Shown here piece by piece: positions 1 to 9,700 of a stretch of DNA of 64,000 nucleotides. Source of the DNA: Candidatus Latescibacterota bacterium. GTDB taxonomy: Bacteria > Latescibacterota > UBA2968 > GCA-2709665. The first letter of the stretch is position 1. Every line of letters starts with the position of its first letter. Position numbers and translations under genes: made by a program. Under the pieces are notes generated by a model that ran no database searches, had not been told where the DNA came from, and saw nothing but the letters and a program-made list of their open reading frames with translations. The stretch is from the NCBI GenBank assembly GCA_965219455.1, contig OZ244744.1:1440001-1504000 (forward strand). The letters run 5' to 3'.

Positions 1-3000
1 AAAGACCAGGGGACCAACAACACCTACGTGGTGACGGTTCAGGCGACGAGCGGCATGGGGGAGCGGGTCAAGACGGCGACGCAGACGATCACGGTGACGG
101 TGACGGACGTGAACACCGAGGCGCCGGGCAAGCCGGGCGCGCCGATGGTGGCGCCGGCGTCGGTGTCGAGACTGACGGTGAACTGGTCGGTGCCGGCCAA
201 CGCGGGTCCGGCCATCACCGACTACGACGTGCAGTACCGGGAGGGCACGGGCGGCAGCTGGACGGACGGCAACCACACCGGCGCCGCCACCACGGCGACG
301 ATCGGGAGCCTGTCGGAGAACACGTCCTACGACGTGCAGGTGCGGGCGACCAACGCCGAGGGCACCGGCGCGTGGTCGGACGCGGGCACCGGCACGACGG
401 ACGCCAACGCGGCCCCGTCGTTCAGCTCCGCGGCGACGTTCAGCGCGGCGGAGAACCAGACCACGGTGGGCACGGTGGTGGCGGCGGACTCCGATGCGGA
501 TGACAGCATCACCGGCTACGCGCTCAGTGGCGGGGCGGACCGGGATTTCTTCTCGATCGTGGCGGCGTCGGGGGCACTTACGTTCCAGTCGGCGCCGAAC
601 TTCGAGGACGCCAAGGACCTTGTGAGTGTCGATCCGGCCAATGCCGCCGGCAACAACCAGTACGTGGTGGAGGTTACGGCAACCAGCGGCATGGGGGAGC
701 GGGAGAAGACGGCGACGCAGACGATCATGGTGAGAGTGACCGACTTGGACACCGAGGCCCCGGGCAAGCCGGGCGCGCCGACGGTGTCGGCGGCGTCGGT
801 GTCGAGCCTGACGGTGACGTGGACGGCGCCGTCCAACGCCGGCCCGGCAATCACCGACTACGACTATCGCTACCGGACGACCTCGCCGCAGGGCACGTGG
901 ACGGAGGTGACCGGCACGGCGATCACGGGGCTGTCGGCGACGATCGGGAGCCTGTCGGAGAACACGTCCTACGACGTGCAGGTGCGGGCGACCAACGCCG
1001 AGGGCACCGGCGACTGGTCGGACTCGGGCAGCGGCGCGACGGACGCCAACGCGGCGCCGGCGTTCAGCTCTTCGGCGACGTTCGACGCGGCGGAGAACCA
1101 GACGGCGGCGGGCACGGTGGTGGCGACGGACGGCGATGCGGGCGACGACATCACGGGCTACGCGATCACCGGCGGGACGGATGAGGCGCTGTTCGAGATC
1201 GGGATGACGGACGGCGCCCTGACGTTCAAGACGGCGCCGAACTTCGAGGACGCCAAAGACCAGGGCACGAACAACACCTACGTGGTCGAGGTGACGGCGA
1301 CCAGCGGCATGGGCGAGCGGGAGAAGACGGCGACGCAGACGATCACGGTGACGGTGACGGACGTGGCCGGCGAAGCGCCGGGCAAGCCGAATGCACCGGA
1401 CGTGGCGGCCGCCTCGGTGACGAGCCTGACGGTGAACTGGTCGGCGCCGTCCAACGCGGGTCCGGCGATCACCGACTACGACTACCGGCACCGGACGACC
1501 TCGCCGCAGGGCACATGGACGGAGGTGACCGGCACGGCGATCACGGGGCTGTCGGCGACGATCGGGAGCCTGGCGGAGAACACGTCCTACGACGTGCAGG
1601 TGCGGGCGACCAACGACGAGGGGACGGGCTCGTGGTCGGACTCGGGCAGCGGCGCGACGGACGCCAACGCGGCACCGACGTTCAGCTCGTCGGCGACGTT
1701 CGACGCGGCGGAGAACCAGACGGCGGCCGGCACAGTGCTGGCGACCGACAGCGATTCGGATGATGACATCACGGCCTACGCGATCACCGGCGGGGCGGAC
1801 CAGGCGTTCTTCTCGATCGGGGCGACGGACGGCGCGCTGACCTTCAAGACGGCGCCGAACTTCGAGGACGCCAAGGACGCGGACACCGATAACGAGTACG
1901 AAGTGACGGTACAGGCGACGAGCGGCACGGGCACGCGGGTAAAGACGGCGACCCAGACGATCACGGTGACGGTCACGGACGTGAGCGGCGAAGCGCCGGG
2001 CAAGCCGGCCGCGCCGACGGTGGTGCCGGCGTCGGTGACGAGCCTGACGGTGAACTGGTCGGCGCCGGCCAACGCGGGCCCGGCGATTACGGACTACGAC
2101 GTGCAATACCGGGCGGGCACGAGCGGCAGCTGGACGGACGGCAACCACACCGGCGCCGCCCTCACGGCGACGCTGTCGAGTCTGTCGGAGAACACGTCCT
2201 ATCAGGTACAGGTGCGGGCGACCAACGACGAGGGCACCGGCGACTGGTCGGACTCGGGAACCGGCGCGACGGACGCCAACGCGGCGCCGTCGTTCAGCTC
2301 GTCGGCGACGTTCGACGCGGCGGAGAACCAGACGGCGGCCGGCACGGTGCTGGCGACGGACGGCGACACGGACGACGACGTCACCGGCTACGCGATCACC
2401 GGCGGGGCGGACCAGGCGTTCTTCTCGATCGGGGCGACGTCGGGCGTGCTGACGTTCCAGTCGGCGCCGAACTTCGAGGACGCCAAGGACGCGGACACCG
2501 ACAACGAGTACGAAGTGACGGTACAGGCGACGAGCGGCACGGACACGCGGGTAAAGACGGCGACCCAGGCGATCACGGTGACGGTCACGGACGTGAGCGG
2601 CGAGAAGCCGGCCGCGCCGGCCGCGCCAACGGTGGCGGCCGCCTCGGTGACGAGCCTGACGGTGAACTGGTCGGCACCGGCCAACGCCGGTCCGGCCATC
2701 ACCGACTACGACGTGCAGTACCGGGCGGGCACGAGCGGGAGCTGGAGCGACGGGGGCCACAGCGGCACGGCCACCACGGCGACGCTGACGGGCCTCTCGG
2801 AGAACACGTCCTACCAGGTGCAGGTGCGGGCCACGAACGACGAGGGAACCGGCGACTGGTCGGACGCGGGCTCTGGCGCGACGGACGCCAACGTGGCGCC
2901 CGTGTTCAGTTCACCGGCGACGTTCAGCGCGGCGGAGAACCAGACGGCGGCGGGCACGGTGGTGGCGACGGACAGCGATTCGGATGATGACATCACGGCC

Positions 3001-4140
3001 TACGCGATCACCGGCGGGGCGGACCGGGCGTTCTTCTCGATCGTGCCGACGACGGGCGCGCTGAACTTCAAGACGGCGCCGAACTTCGAGGACGCCAAAG
3101 ACCAGGGCGCCAACAACACGTACGTGGTGACGGTGCAGGCGACGAGCGGCACGGGGGAGCGGGTCAAGACCGCCACGCAGACGATCACGGTCACGGTGAC
3201 CGACGTGAACACGGAGGCGCCGGGCAAGCCGGCCGCACCGACGGTGTCGGCGGCGTCGGCGACCAGCCTGACGGTGAACTGGTCGGCACCGGCCAACGCC
3301 GGTCCGGCCATCACCGACTACGACGTGCAGTACCGGGAGGGCGCGAGCGGCAGCTGGAGCGACGGGGGCCACAGTGGCACGGCCACCACGGCGACGCTGA
3401 CGGGCCTCTCGGAGAACACGTCCTACCAGGTGCAGGTGCGGGCGACGAACGCCGAGGGAACCGGCGACTGGTCGGACTCGGGCTCTGGCGCGACGGACAT
3501 CAACCAGCCCAGCGAGATCAAGGCCTACTGGACCGATTCCGACACTAAAGGCAGCAACGGTCAGGAGGAATGCGACAGCACCGAGCCTTTCCGCGCCTTC
3601 TGGAATCCGCCGAAAAGCAACGGCAGCTTCAAGGTAGCCGACGAGTGGGAGGCTGAGATTACGCCCAAGAACGGCGCCCGCAACGTGAGCTTCACCATAC
3701 AGAACACCGGCAGGAACCGTAAGGAACCCGAGCTGACCGGGACCGTCGAGATCGACGGCCGCAGTACGCTGAGCATACGGGTCCGCGGGCGTTTCGGCGA
3801 CGACGGATGGGGCGCGTGGTCGCCGATAACAGAGTTGTTTTGCAGGAACTCGGCGTCCAAGAAGCCGCCGGGCCTGGCGCCCAACGCGCCCAACCCCTTC
3901 AACGCCACCACTCTCATCCCATATCGCCTGGACACGGACGGACCGGTGCGCCTGGTCATTTACAACCTCCTCGGGCAGTCCATTCGCACCCTGGTGGACG
4001 AGGTGCAGGCCGCCGGCGCCTACCGGGTGTCCTGGGACGCCCGCGACGCAGCGGGGCGGCGCGTGTCCACGGGAATTTATTTCACGCGCCTGTACTATCC
4101 GGGCGGCGTGCAGACCCGGCGCATGCTCTACCTCGAGTAG
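1..4140 (+). CDS. Giant surface protein, alternating fibronectin type III and cadherin repeats, unique Cys-containing domain, C-terminal FlgD-Ig/T9SS-CTD-like domain (5' end outside window)
   Basis: Frame open from base 1 (KDQGTNNTYVVTVQ). Six FN3 units (EAPGKP..W..P...ITDYDVQYR...L.ENTSY.VQVRATN.EGTG.WS) alternate with five complete cadherin-like units (AP.F...AAENQT...D.D.DD...APNFEDAKD). Ends APNAPNPFNATTLIPYRL...IYNLLGQ.IRTLV...WDARD..GRRVSTGIYF. Confidence 0.9.
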   Translation, partial: KDQGTNNTYVVTVQATSGMGERVKTATQTITVTVTDVNTEAPGKPGAPMVAPASVSRLTVNWSVPANAGPAITDYDVQYREGTGGSWTDGNHTGAATTATIGSLSENTSYDVQVRATNAEGTGAWSDAGTGTTDANAAPSFSSAATFSAAENQTTVGTVVAADSDADDSITGYALSGGADRDFFSIVAASGALTFQSAPNFEDAKDLVSVDPANAAGNNQYVVEVTATSGMGEREKTATQTIMVRVTDLDTEAPGKPGAPTVSAASVSSLTVTWTAPSNAGPAITDYDYRYRTTSPQGTWTEVTGTAITGLSATIGSLSENTSYDVQVRATNAEGTGDWSDSGSGATDANAAPAFSSSATFDAAENQTAAGTVVATDGDAGDDITGYAITGGTDEALFEIGMTDGALTFKTAPNFEDAKDQGTNNTYVVEVTATSGMGEREKTATQTITVTVTDVAGEAPGKPNAPDVAAASVTSLTVNWSAPSNAGPAITDYDYRHRTTSPQGTWTEVTGTAITGLSATIGSLAENTSYDVQVRATNDEGTGSWSDSGSGATDANAAPTFSSSATFDAAENQTAAGTVLATDSDSDDDITAYAITGGADQAFFSIGATDGALTFKTAPNFEDAKDADTDNEYEVTVQATSGTGTRVKTATQTITVTVTDVSGEAPGKPAAPTVVPASVTSLTVNWSAPANAGPAITDYDVQYRAGTSGSWTDGNHTGAALTATLSSLSENTSYQVQVRATNDEGTGDWSDSGTGATDANAAPSFSSSATFDAAENQTAAGTVLATDGDTDDDVTGYAITGGADQAFFSIGATSGVLTFQSAPNFEDAKDADTDNEYEVTVQATSGTDTRVKTATQAITVTVTDVSGEKPAAPAAPTVAAASVTSLTVNWSAPANAGPAITDYDVQYRAGTSGSWSDGGHSGTATTATLTGLSENTSYQVQVRATNDEGTGDWSDAGSGATDANVAPVFSSPATFSAAENQTAAGTVVATDSDSDDDITAYAITGGADRAFFSIVPTTGALNFKTAPNFEDAKDQGANNTYVVTVQATSGTGERVKTATQTITVTVTDVNTEAPGKPAAPTVSAASATSLTVNWSAPANAGPAITDYDVQYREGASGSWSDGGHSGTATTATLTGLSENTSYQVQVRATNAEGTGDWSDSGSGATDINQPSEIKAYWTDSDTKGSNGQEECDSTEPFRAFWNPPKSNGSFKVADEWEAEITPKNGARNVSFTIQNTGRNRKEPELTGTVEIDGRSTLSIRVRGRFGDDGWGAWSPITELFCRNSASKKPPGLAPNAPNPFNATTLIPYRLDTDGPVRLVIYNLLGQSIRTLVDEVQAAGAYRVSWDARDAAGRRVSTGIYFTRLYYPGGVQTRRMLYLE

Positions 4141-4214
4141 GCCCGGCATGGAGATCGCCGCCGACCGCATCCTCTCGGCCGGAATCGAGCCGGCGGCGGT
4201 CCTCAACCGGCCTT
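3864..4214 (+). repeat. Copy 1 of the shared C-terminal sorting domain plus downstream spacer
   Basis: Near-identical DNA to about 6295-6645 and about 13642-13938 (GCCGCCGGGCCTGGCGCC...CTCGAGTAGGCCCGGCATGGAGATCGCCG). Confidence 0.9.
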
Positions 4215-4306
4215 AATGAAAGGAAAAGGAGACGTTTCCCATGCATTTGAAATCGACCAGCCACCGACCTGACGGGCAACCGACATCGGCACGTGATGAA
4301 GGAGCC

Positions 4307-6571
4307 ATGATGACTCGCACCGATAGACGACGATTCCCCATCCTGTTCGCCGCCATAGCGGCGCTGGCCCTGGCGATGGCCCTGCTGTTCTCTCCGGTCC
4401 AGGCCCAGGAGGGCTCGGCGCCCGACCAGCCCACGGGCCTCTCCGCCACGGCGACCCACGACCAGGTGGTCCTCACCTGGGACGACCCGGGCGACGCCAG
4501 CATCACCGGCTACGTCATCCTGCGGCGCGTGAACAATACCGGGGGCGAGTTCAGTGAGCTCGTGGCGGACACGGGGACGGCGGCGACCACCTACACCGAC
4601 GCTACCGTAAAGGCCAATACTACCTACACCTACCGCATCAAGGCGACCAACGAGCACGGGGTGAGCGAGCGTTCCCGCTGGTTCCACATCAACGTCCCGG
4701 CAGCCCCTGAGCCGGAGGAGGAGCAGGCCCCCGAACCGCCCGACCAGCCCACGGGCCTGGACGCCACGGCGACCCACGACCAGGTGGTCCTGACCTGGGA
4801 CGACCCTGACGACGACACCATCACCGGCTACGTCATCCTGCGGCGCGTCCGCGTGAACGATACCGGGGGCGAGTTCAGTGTGCTGGTGGCGGACACGGGG
4901 ACGGCGGCGACCACCTACACCGACGCTACCGTAAAGGCCAATACTACCTACACCTACCGCATCAAGGCCATCAACAAACACGGGGTGAGCGAGCGCTCCC
5001 GCTGGTTCCACATCGACACGCCGGCCGCGCCGGAGGCCGGCGAAGGCGACGACCAGGACGAGCAGGACGGCGGCGCGCCCGGCCATGCCACGCCGCCCGG
5101 TCCCGGCGGGCGGGCGAACGTCTCGGAGCCCGACGGCGAAGACCTGCCCGAAGGCATCACCACCACCGGTAGAGTTGAGGTCGGCGGTTCGGTCACGGGC
5201 GAAATCGCCCCAGCTCTCGACGTCGACTGGTTCGCGGTCGAGCTGAAGAAGGGCAAGCGATACCAGTTCGACGTGGAGGGGGCGGACACCGGCCGAGGCA
5301 ACTTGGCGGATCCGCATCTTTGGGGGTTGCAGGATGCGGAAGGACAGGCGATATCCGGTGCGAGGAGTAACGACGGCGGTGTGGGGAAGAACGGCCGGGT
5401 CATCAACACGCCCGACGCGGAAGGCACCTACTACATAGCTGTGTCCGGCGCAGCCAACACGACGGGCACCTACACGCTGTCGGTGATCGTGCTGGGCGCG
5501 AACGGCGTCTCGGAGGCCGACACGGACTTTCCCAGAACCACCGCCACCACAGGCCGGGTCGAGGTCGGGGCCTCGGCCACGGGCAACATCGACCCTGGCG
5601 ACGATTTGGACGGGTTCCGTGTCAATCTGGAGGCGGGCAAGCGATACCGGTTCGACCTGGAGGGCGCGGACACCGGCCGCGGCTCCCAGGCGGACCCGAT
5701 CCTGGCGCTCTACGGCGACTCCTTCAACGTCTCCCACTACATTGATGAGGACGACGACGGCGGCGAGGGACTTAACAGCCGACTGACCTACACGGCGACC
5801 GCGACCGGCGCCTACCACCTGGAAGTAGCGGGCTTGGACCCAGGCACCTACACGCTGTCGGTGCGTAGAATTTTGGTGGCAGTTGCCGTTCCGCCCGGCG
5901 GTCTGGGTCCCTCGGAGGTCCCGGGCGCGGTCCGCAATGTGCAGGTGTCCGGTACAGAACGAACGAGAGTCGTGTATTGGGACGCGCCGGACGAGACCCA
6001 AACCGGCGCGCAATGGATCACGGAGTTCCGCATCTACGCCTCAACCGGTGCGGGTTGCGATGGTTGGAAGGCGGCCGAATACGAGGTGGAGCACCCCGGA
6101 TTCACCACACCCCCAGAGCACCCCGACGGCACCCCGACGGGTTTCAGATACTTCAAGATCGTCGAGGTGGCAAGCGATGTAGCTGGTTCAGACGGTTTCT
6201 CAGTTCAATTCGGCGTGAGCGCGGTCAACGATCTCGGTGAAGGGCCATGCGTGGGTGAGCCCGCCCCGGCGTCCAAGCCGGCGCTCGCGGACGGGCCGCC
6301 GGGCCTGGCGCCCAACGCGCCCAACCCCTTCAACGCCACCACTCTCATCCCATATCGCCTGGACACGGACGGACCGGTGCGCCTGGAGATCTACAACCTC
6401 CTCGGGCAGTCCATTCGCACCCTGGTGGACGAGGTGCAGACCGCCGGCTCCTACCGGGTGTCCTGGGACGCCCGCGACGCAACGGGGCGGCGCGTGTCCA
6501 CGGGAATTTATTTCACGCGCCTGCACTATCCGGGCGGCGTGCAGACCCGGCGCATGCTTTACCTCGAGTAG
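4307..6571 (+). CDS. Secreted modular protein: signal peptide, 2x FN3, 2x PPC-like (pre-peptidase C-terminal) beta domains, unique FN3-like domain, C-terminal FlgD-Ig-like domain
   Basis: ATG at 4307 after GAAGGAG; Arg-rich n-region, hydrophobic h-region, VQA/QE cleavage; DVDWFAVEL..G.RYQFDVEG...GTYTLSV repeats; same PNPFN C-terminus as the upstream gene. Confidence 0.88.
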   Translation: MMTRTDRRRFPILFAAIAALALAMALLFSPVQAQEGSAPDQPTGLSATATHDQVVLTWDDPGDASITGYVILRRVNNTGGEFSELVADTGTAATTYTDATVKANTTYTYRIKATNEHGVSERSRWFHINVPAAPEPEEEQAPEPPDQPTGLDATATHDQVVLTWDDPDDDTITGYVILRRVRVNDTGGEFSVLVADTGTAATTYTDATVKANTTYTYRIKAINKHGVSERSRWFHIDTPAAPEAGEGDDQDEQDGGAPGHATPPGPGGRANVSEPDGEDLPEGITTTGRVEVGGSVTGEIAPALDVDWFAVELKKGKRYQFDVEGADTGRGNLADPHLWGLQDAEGQAISGARSNDGGVGKNGRVINTPDAEGTYYIAVSGAANTTGTYTLSVIVLGANGVSEADTDFPRTTATTGRVEVGASATGNIDPGDDLDGFRVNLEAGKRYRFDLEGADTGRGSQADPILALYGDSFNVSHYIDEDDDGGEGLNSRLTYTATATGAYHLEVAGLDPGTYTLSVRRILVAVAVPPGGLGPSEVPGAVRNVQVSGTERTRVVYWDAPDETQTGAQWITEFRIYASTGAGCDGWKAAEYEVEHPGFTTPPEHPDGTPTGFRYFKIVEVASDVAGSDGFSVQFGVSAVNDLGEGPCVGEPAPASKPALADGPPGLAPNAPNPFNATTLIPYRLDTDGPVRLEIYNLLGQSIRTLVDEVQTAGSYRVSWDARDATGRRVSTGIYFTRLHYPGGVQTRRMLYLE

Positions 6572-6645
6572 GCCCGGCATGGAGATCGCCGCCGACCGCA
6601 TCCTCTCGGCCGGAATCGAGCCGGCGGCGGTCCTCAACCGGCCTT
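6295..6645 (+). repeat. Copy 2 of the shared C-terminal sorting domain plus spacer
   Basis: Aligns by eye with 3864-4214 with few substitutions. Confidence 0.9.
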
Positions 6646-6736
6646 CATGAAAGTAATGGAGAAGTTGCCATGCATTTGAAATCGACCGACCACCGGCCGG
6701 AACGGGCAATCGCCATCGGCACGTGATGAAGGAGCC

Positions 6737-9700
6737 ATGATGATTCGCACCGGCAGACGACGATTCTCCATCCTGTTCGCGGCCATCGCGGCCCTGGCCC
6801 TGCTCTTCCCGGTCCAGGCCCAGGAGGGCTCGGCGCCGGCCAAGCCCAGGGGGCTCTCCGCCACGGCGTCCCATGACCAGGTGGTCCTCACCTGGGACGA
6901 CCCAGGTGACGACAGCATCACCGGCTACGTGATCCTGCGCCGCAACCGCCAGACCGACCGAAAGGGCGAGTTCAGAGAATTAGTGCCGGACACGGGCACC
7001 GCCGCGACCAGCTACACCGACGACAGGGTGGCGGCTGGCACTCCCTATACCTACCGCATCAAGGCCATCAACAAACACGGGGTGAGCGAGCGCTCCCGCT
7101 GGTTCCACGTCGACACGCCGGCGGCCCCCGAGCGGCCCGACAAGCCCAGGGGCCTGGACGCCACGGCGACCCACGACCAGGTGGTCCTCACCTGGGACGA
7201 CCCGGGCGACGACAGCATCACCGGCTACGTCATCCTGCGGCGCGTGCGCGTGAACAATACCGGGGGCGAGTTCAGTGAACTGGTGGAGGACACGGGGACA
7301 GCGGCGACCACCTACACCGACGCTACCGTAAAGGCCAATACTACCTACACCTACCGCATCAAGGCCATCAACAAACACGGGGTGAGCGAGCGCTCCCGCT
7401 GGTTCCACATCGACACGCCGGCCGCGCCGGAGGCCGTCGAAGGCGACGCCCCCGACGAGCAGGACGGCGGCGCGCCCGGCCATGCCACGCCGCCCGGTCC
7501 CGGCGGGCGGGCGAACGTCTCGGAGGGCAACACCGACCTGCCCGAAGGCACCACCACCACCGGCGAGGTGGACGTCGGTGGCTCGGTCACGGGGAACGTC
7601 GATAGGGACGCCGACGTCGACTGGTTCCGCGTCGAGTTGGAGGCGGACACGAGATACCAGTTCGACGTGGAGGGGGCGGATACCGGCCGCGGCAACTTGG
7701 CGGATCCGTTTCTTTGGGGGTTGTATGATGCGGGAGGACAGGCGATATCCGGTGCGAGGAGCAACGATGGCGGTGTGGGCAAAAACGGCCGTGTTATCTA
7801 CACGCCCACGGCGGACGGCACCTACTACATAGCTGTGTCCGGCACAGCCACCACGACCGGCACCTACACGCTGTCGGTGATCGTGCTGGGCGCGAACGGC
7901 GTCTCGGAGGCCGACACGGACTTTCCCGCCACCACCGCCACCACCGGCCGGGTCGACGTCGGGGCCTCGGTCACGGGCACCATCAGCAACGCAGACTACG
8001 ACTATTTCCGCGTCGATCTGGAGGCGGGCAAGACCTACCAGTTCGACCTGGAAGGGGCGGATTCCGGCCGCGGCACCTTGGTAGACCCGTTCCTGTCGCT
8101 CTATGACGGGTCCGCAACCTTCCTTCTCGCAGACGACGACAGCGGCACGAACCTCAACAGCCAGATGGTCTACAATGCGGCCTCGGCCGGCGCCCACTAC
8201 CTCAGGGCCACCACTGGTGCTGCCAACCTCACGGGCACCTACACGCTGTCGGTGGGCGGCGAGACGCCGATGCTCTCGACGGACGCGACGCTGAGCGGGC
8301 TGTCGCTGGGCACGGGGGTGACGCTGAGCCCGGCCTTCGCCTCGGGCACGGTCACCTACACGGCGTCGGTCGCCAACAGCGTCGACGAGGTGACGGTGAC
8401 GCCGACGACGAACCACGCCAGCGCGACGGTCGAGATTCTAGACACGGACGACATGGAGGACGACTTCCAGGTGGCGCTGTCGGTGGGCGACACCGTCATC
8501 AAGGTGAAGGTGACGGCCGAGGACGGCACCTCGACGCAGACCTACACGGTGACCGTGACGCGCGACGACTTTCCCAACGACAACAACACCACCGGCGAGG
8601 TCGAGGTGGGCGGCACAGTAACGGGCAACATCGGGACGGTCGGCGACTACGACCGGTTCAAAGTGGAACTGGAGGCGGGTACGCGATACCAGTTGGATCT
8701 GGAGGGCGCGGACACCGACCGGGGCACCCTGGCGGACCCGCACCTGGGCCTCTACGACGCGATCGGGAGCCACCTTCAGGGTGACAACGGCCAAAGGGGC
8801 GACGACAACAGCGGCGTGGGCGTCAACGCCCGGATGATCTACACCCCGGCCGCGTCCGGCGACTTCTACCCAGTGGTGACCGAAATCAATGACAATCGTA
8901 CCGGCACCTACACGCTGTCGGTGATCGTGCTGGGCGCGAACGGCGCCTCGGAGGCCGACACGGACTTTCCCGCCGACAACACGACCTCCGGCCGGGTCGA
9001 GGTCGGCGCATCGGCCACGGGCAACATCGGCATCGCCAATGACTATGACTGGTTCCGCGTCGATCTGGAGGCGGGCAAGACCTACCAGATCGACCTGAAG
9101 GGCATTGGTGGCGGCGGCGGCACCTTGGAAAACCCTTATCTGCTCAATATCCGCGACTCATCCGGCACCGAGATTGACGGCACCGAGAATGACGATGTCG
9201 ACCCCTCTAACGACATCTACGACAGCCAGACCGTCTACACGCCGACCGCGGCCGGCACCTACTACCTGGTAGCGGTTAGCGGGGTCACCGGGGGAACGGG
9301 CACCTACACGCTGTCGGTGCGTGACATCACGACGCCGCCATGCACGCTGAACACGGGCGACATCTGGTGCGGCGCGGTGACGGTGGCAGAGATCAAGACT
9401 GCCGACGACGCGCTTGTCGGACACGGTTTTGTTGATGGAGGTGGCCTCAGCGCGGGCAGCCTTGCCGGCTACCCTGACGAAACGGTGTTCTCGGTCGGGG
9501 ACAACGACTACACGATCCAAGGCGCTTACATCCAAGTCCCAACTGCGGAACACCTCACGGGCACCCTGTCCGTCGTGCTCACCGCCGATCTCACCGACGA
9601 TGACAAGGCGGGCCTGCTGCTCCCGGTCGACGGCACCACCACCCCATTCGAGTTCAGCGATGCCGCCAAAGGGGGCACCACCGGCCTCTACTCTTGGGGT

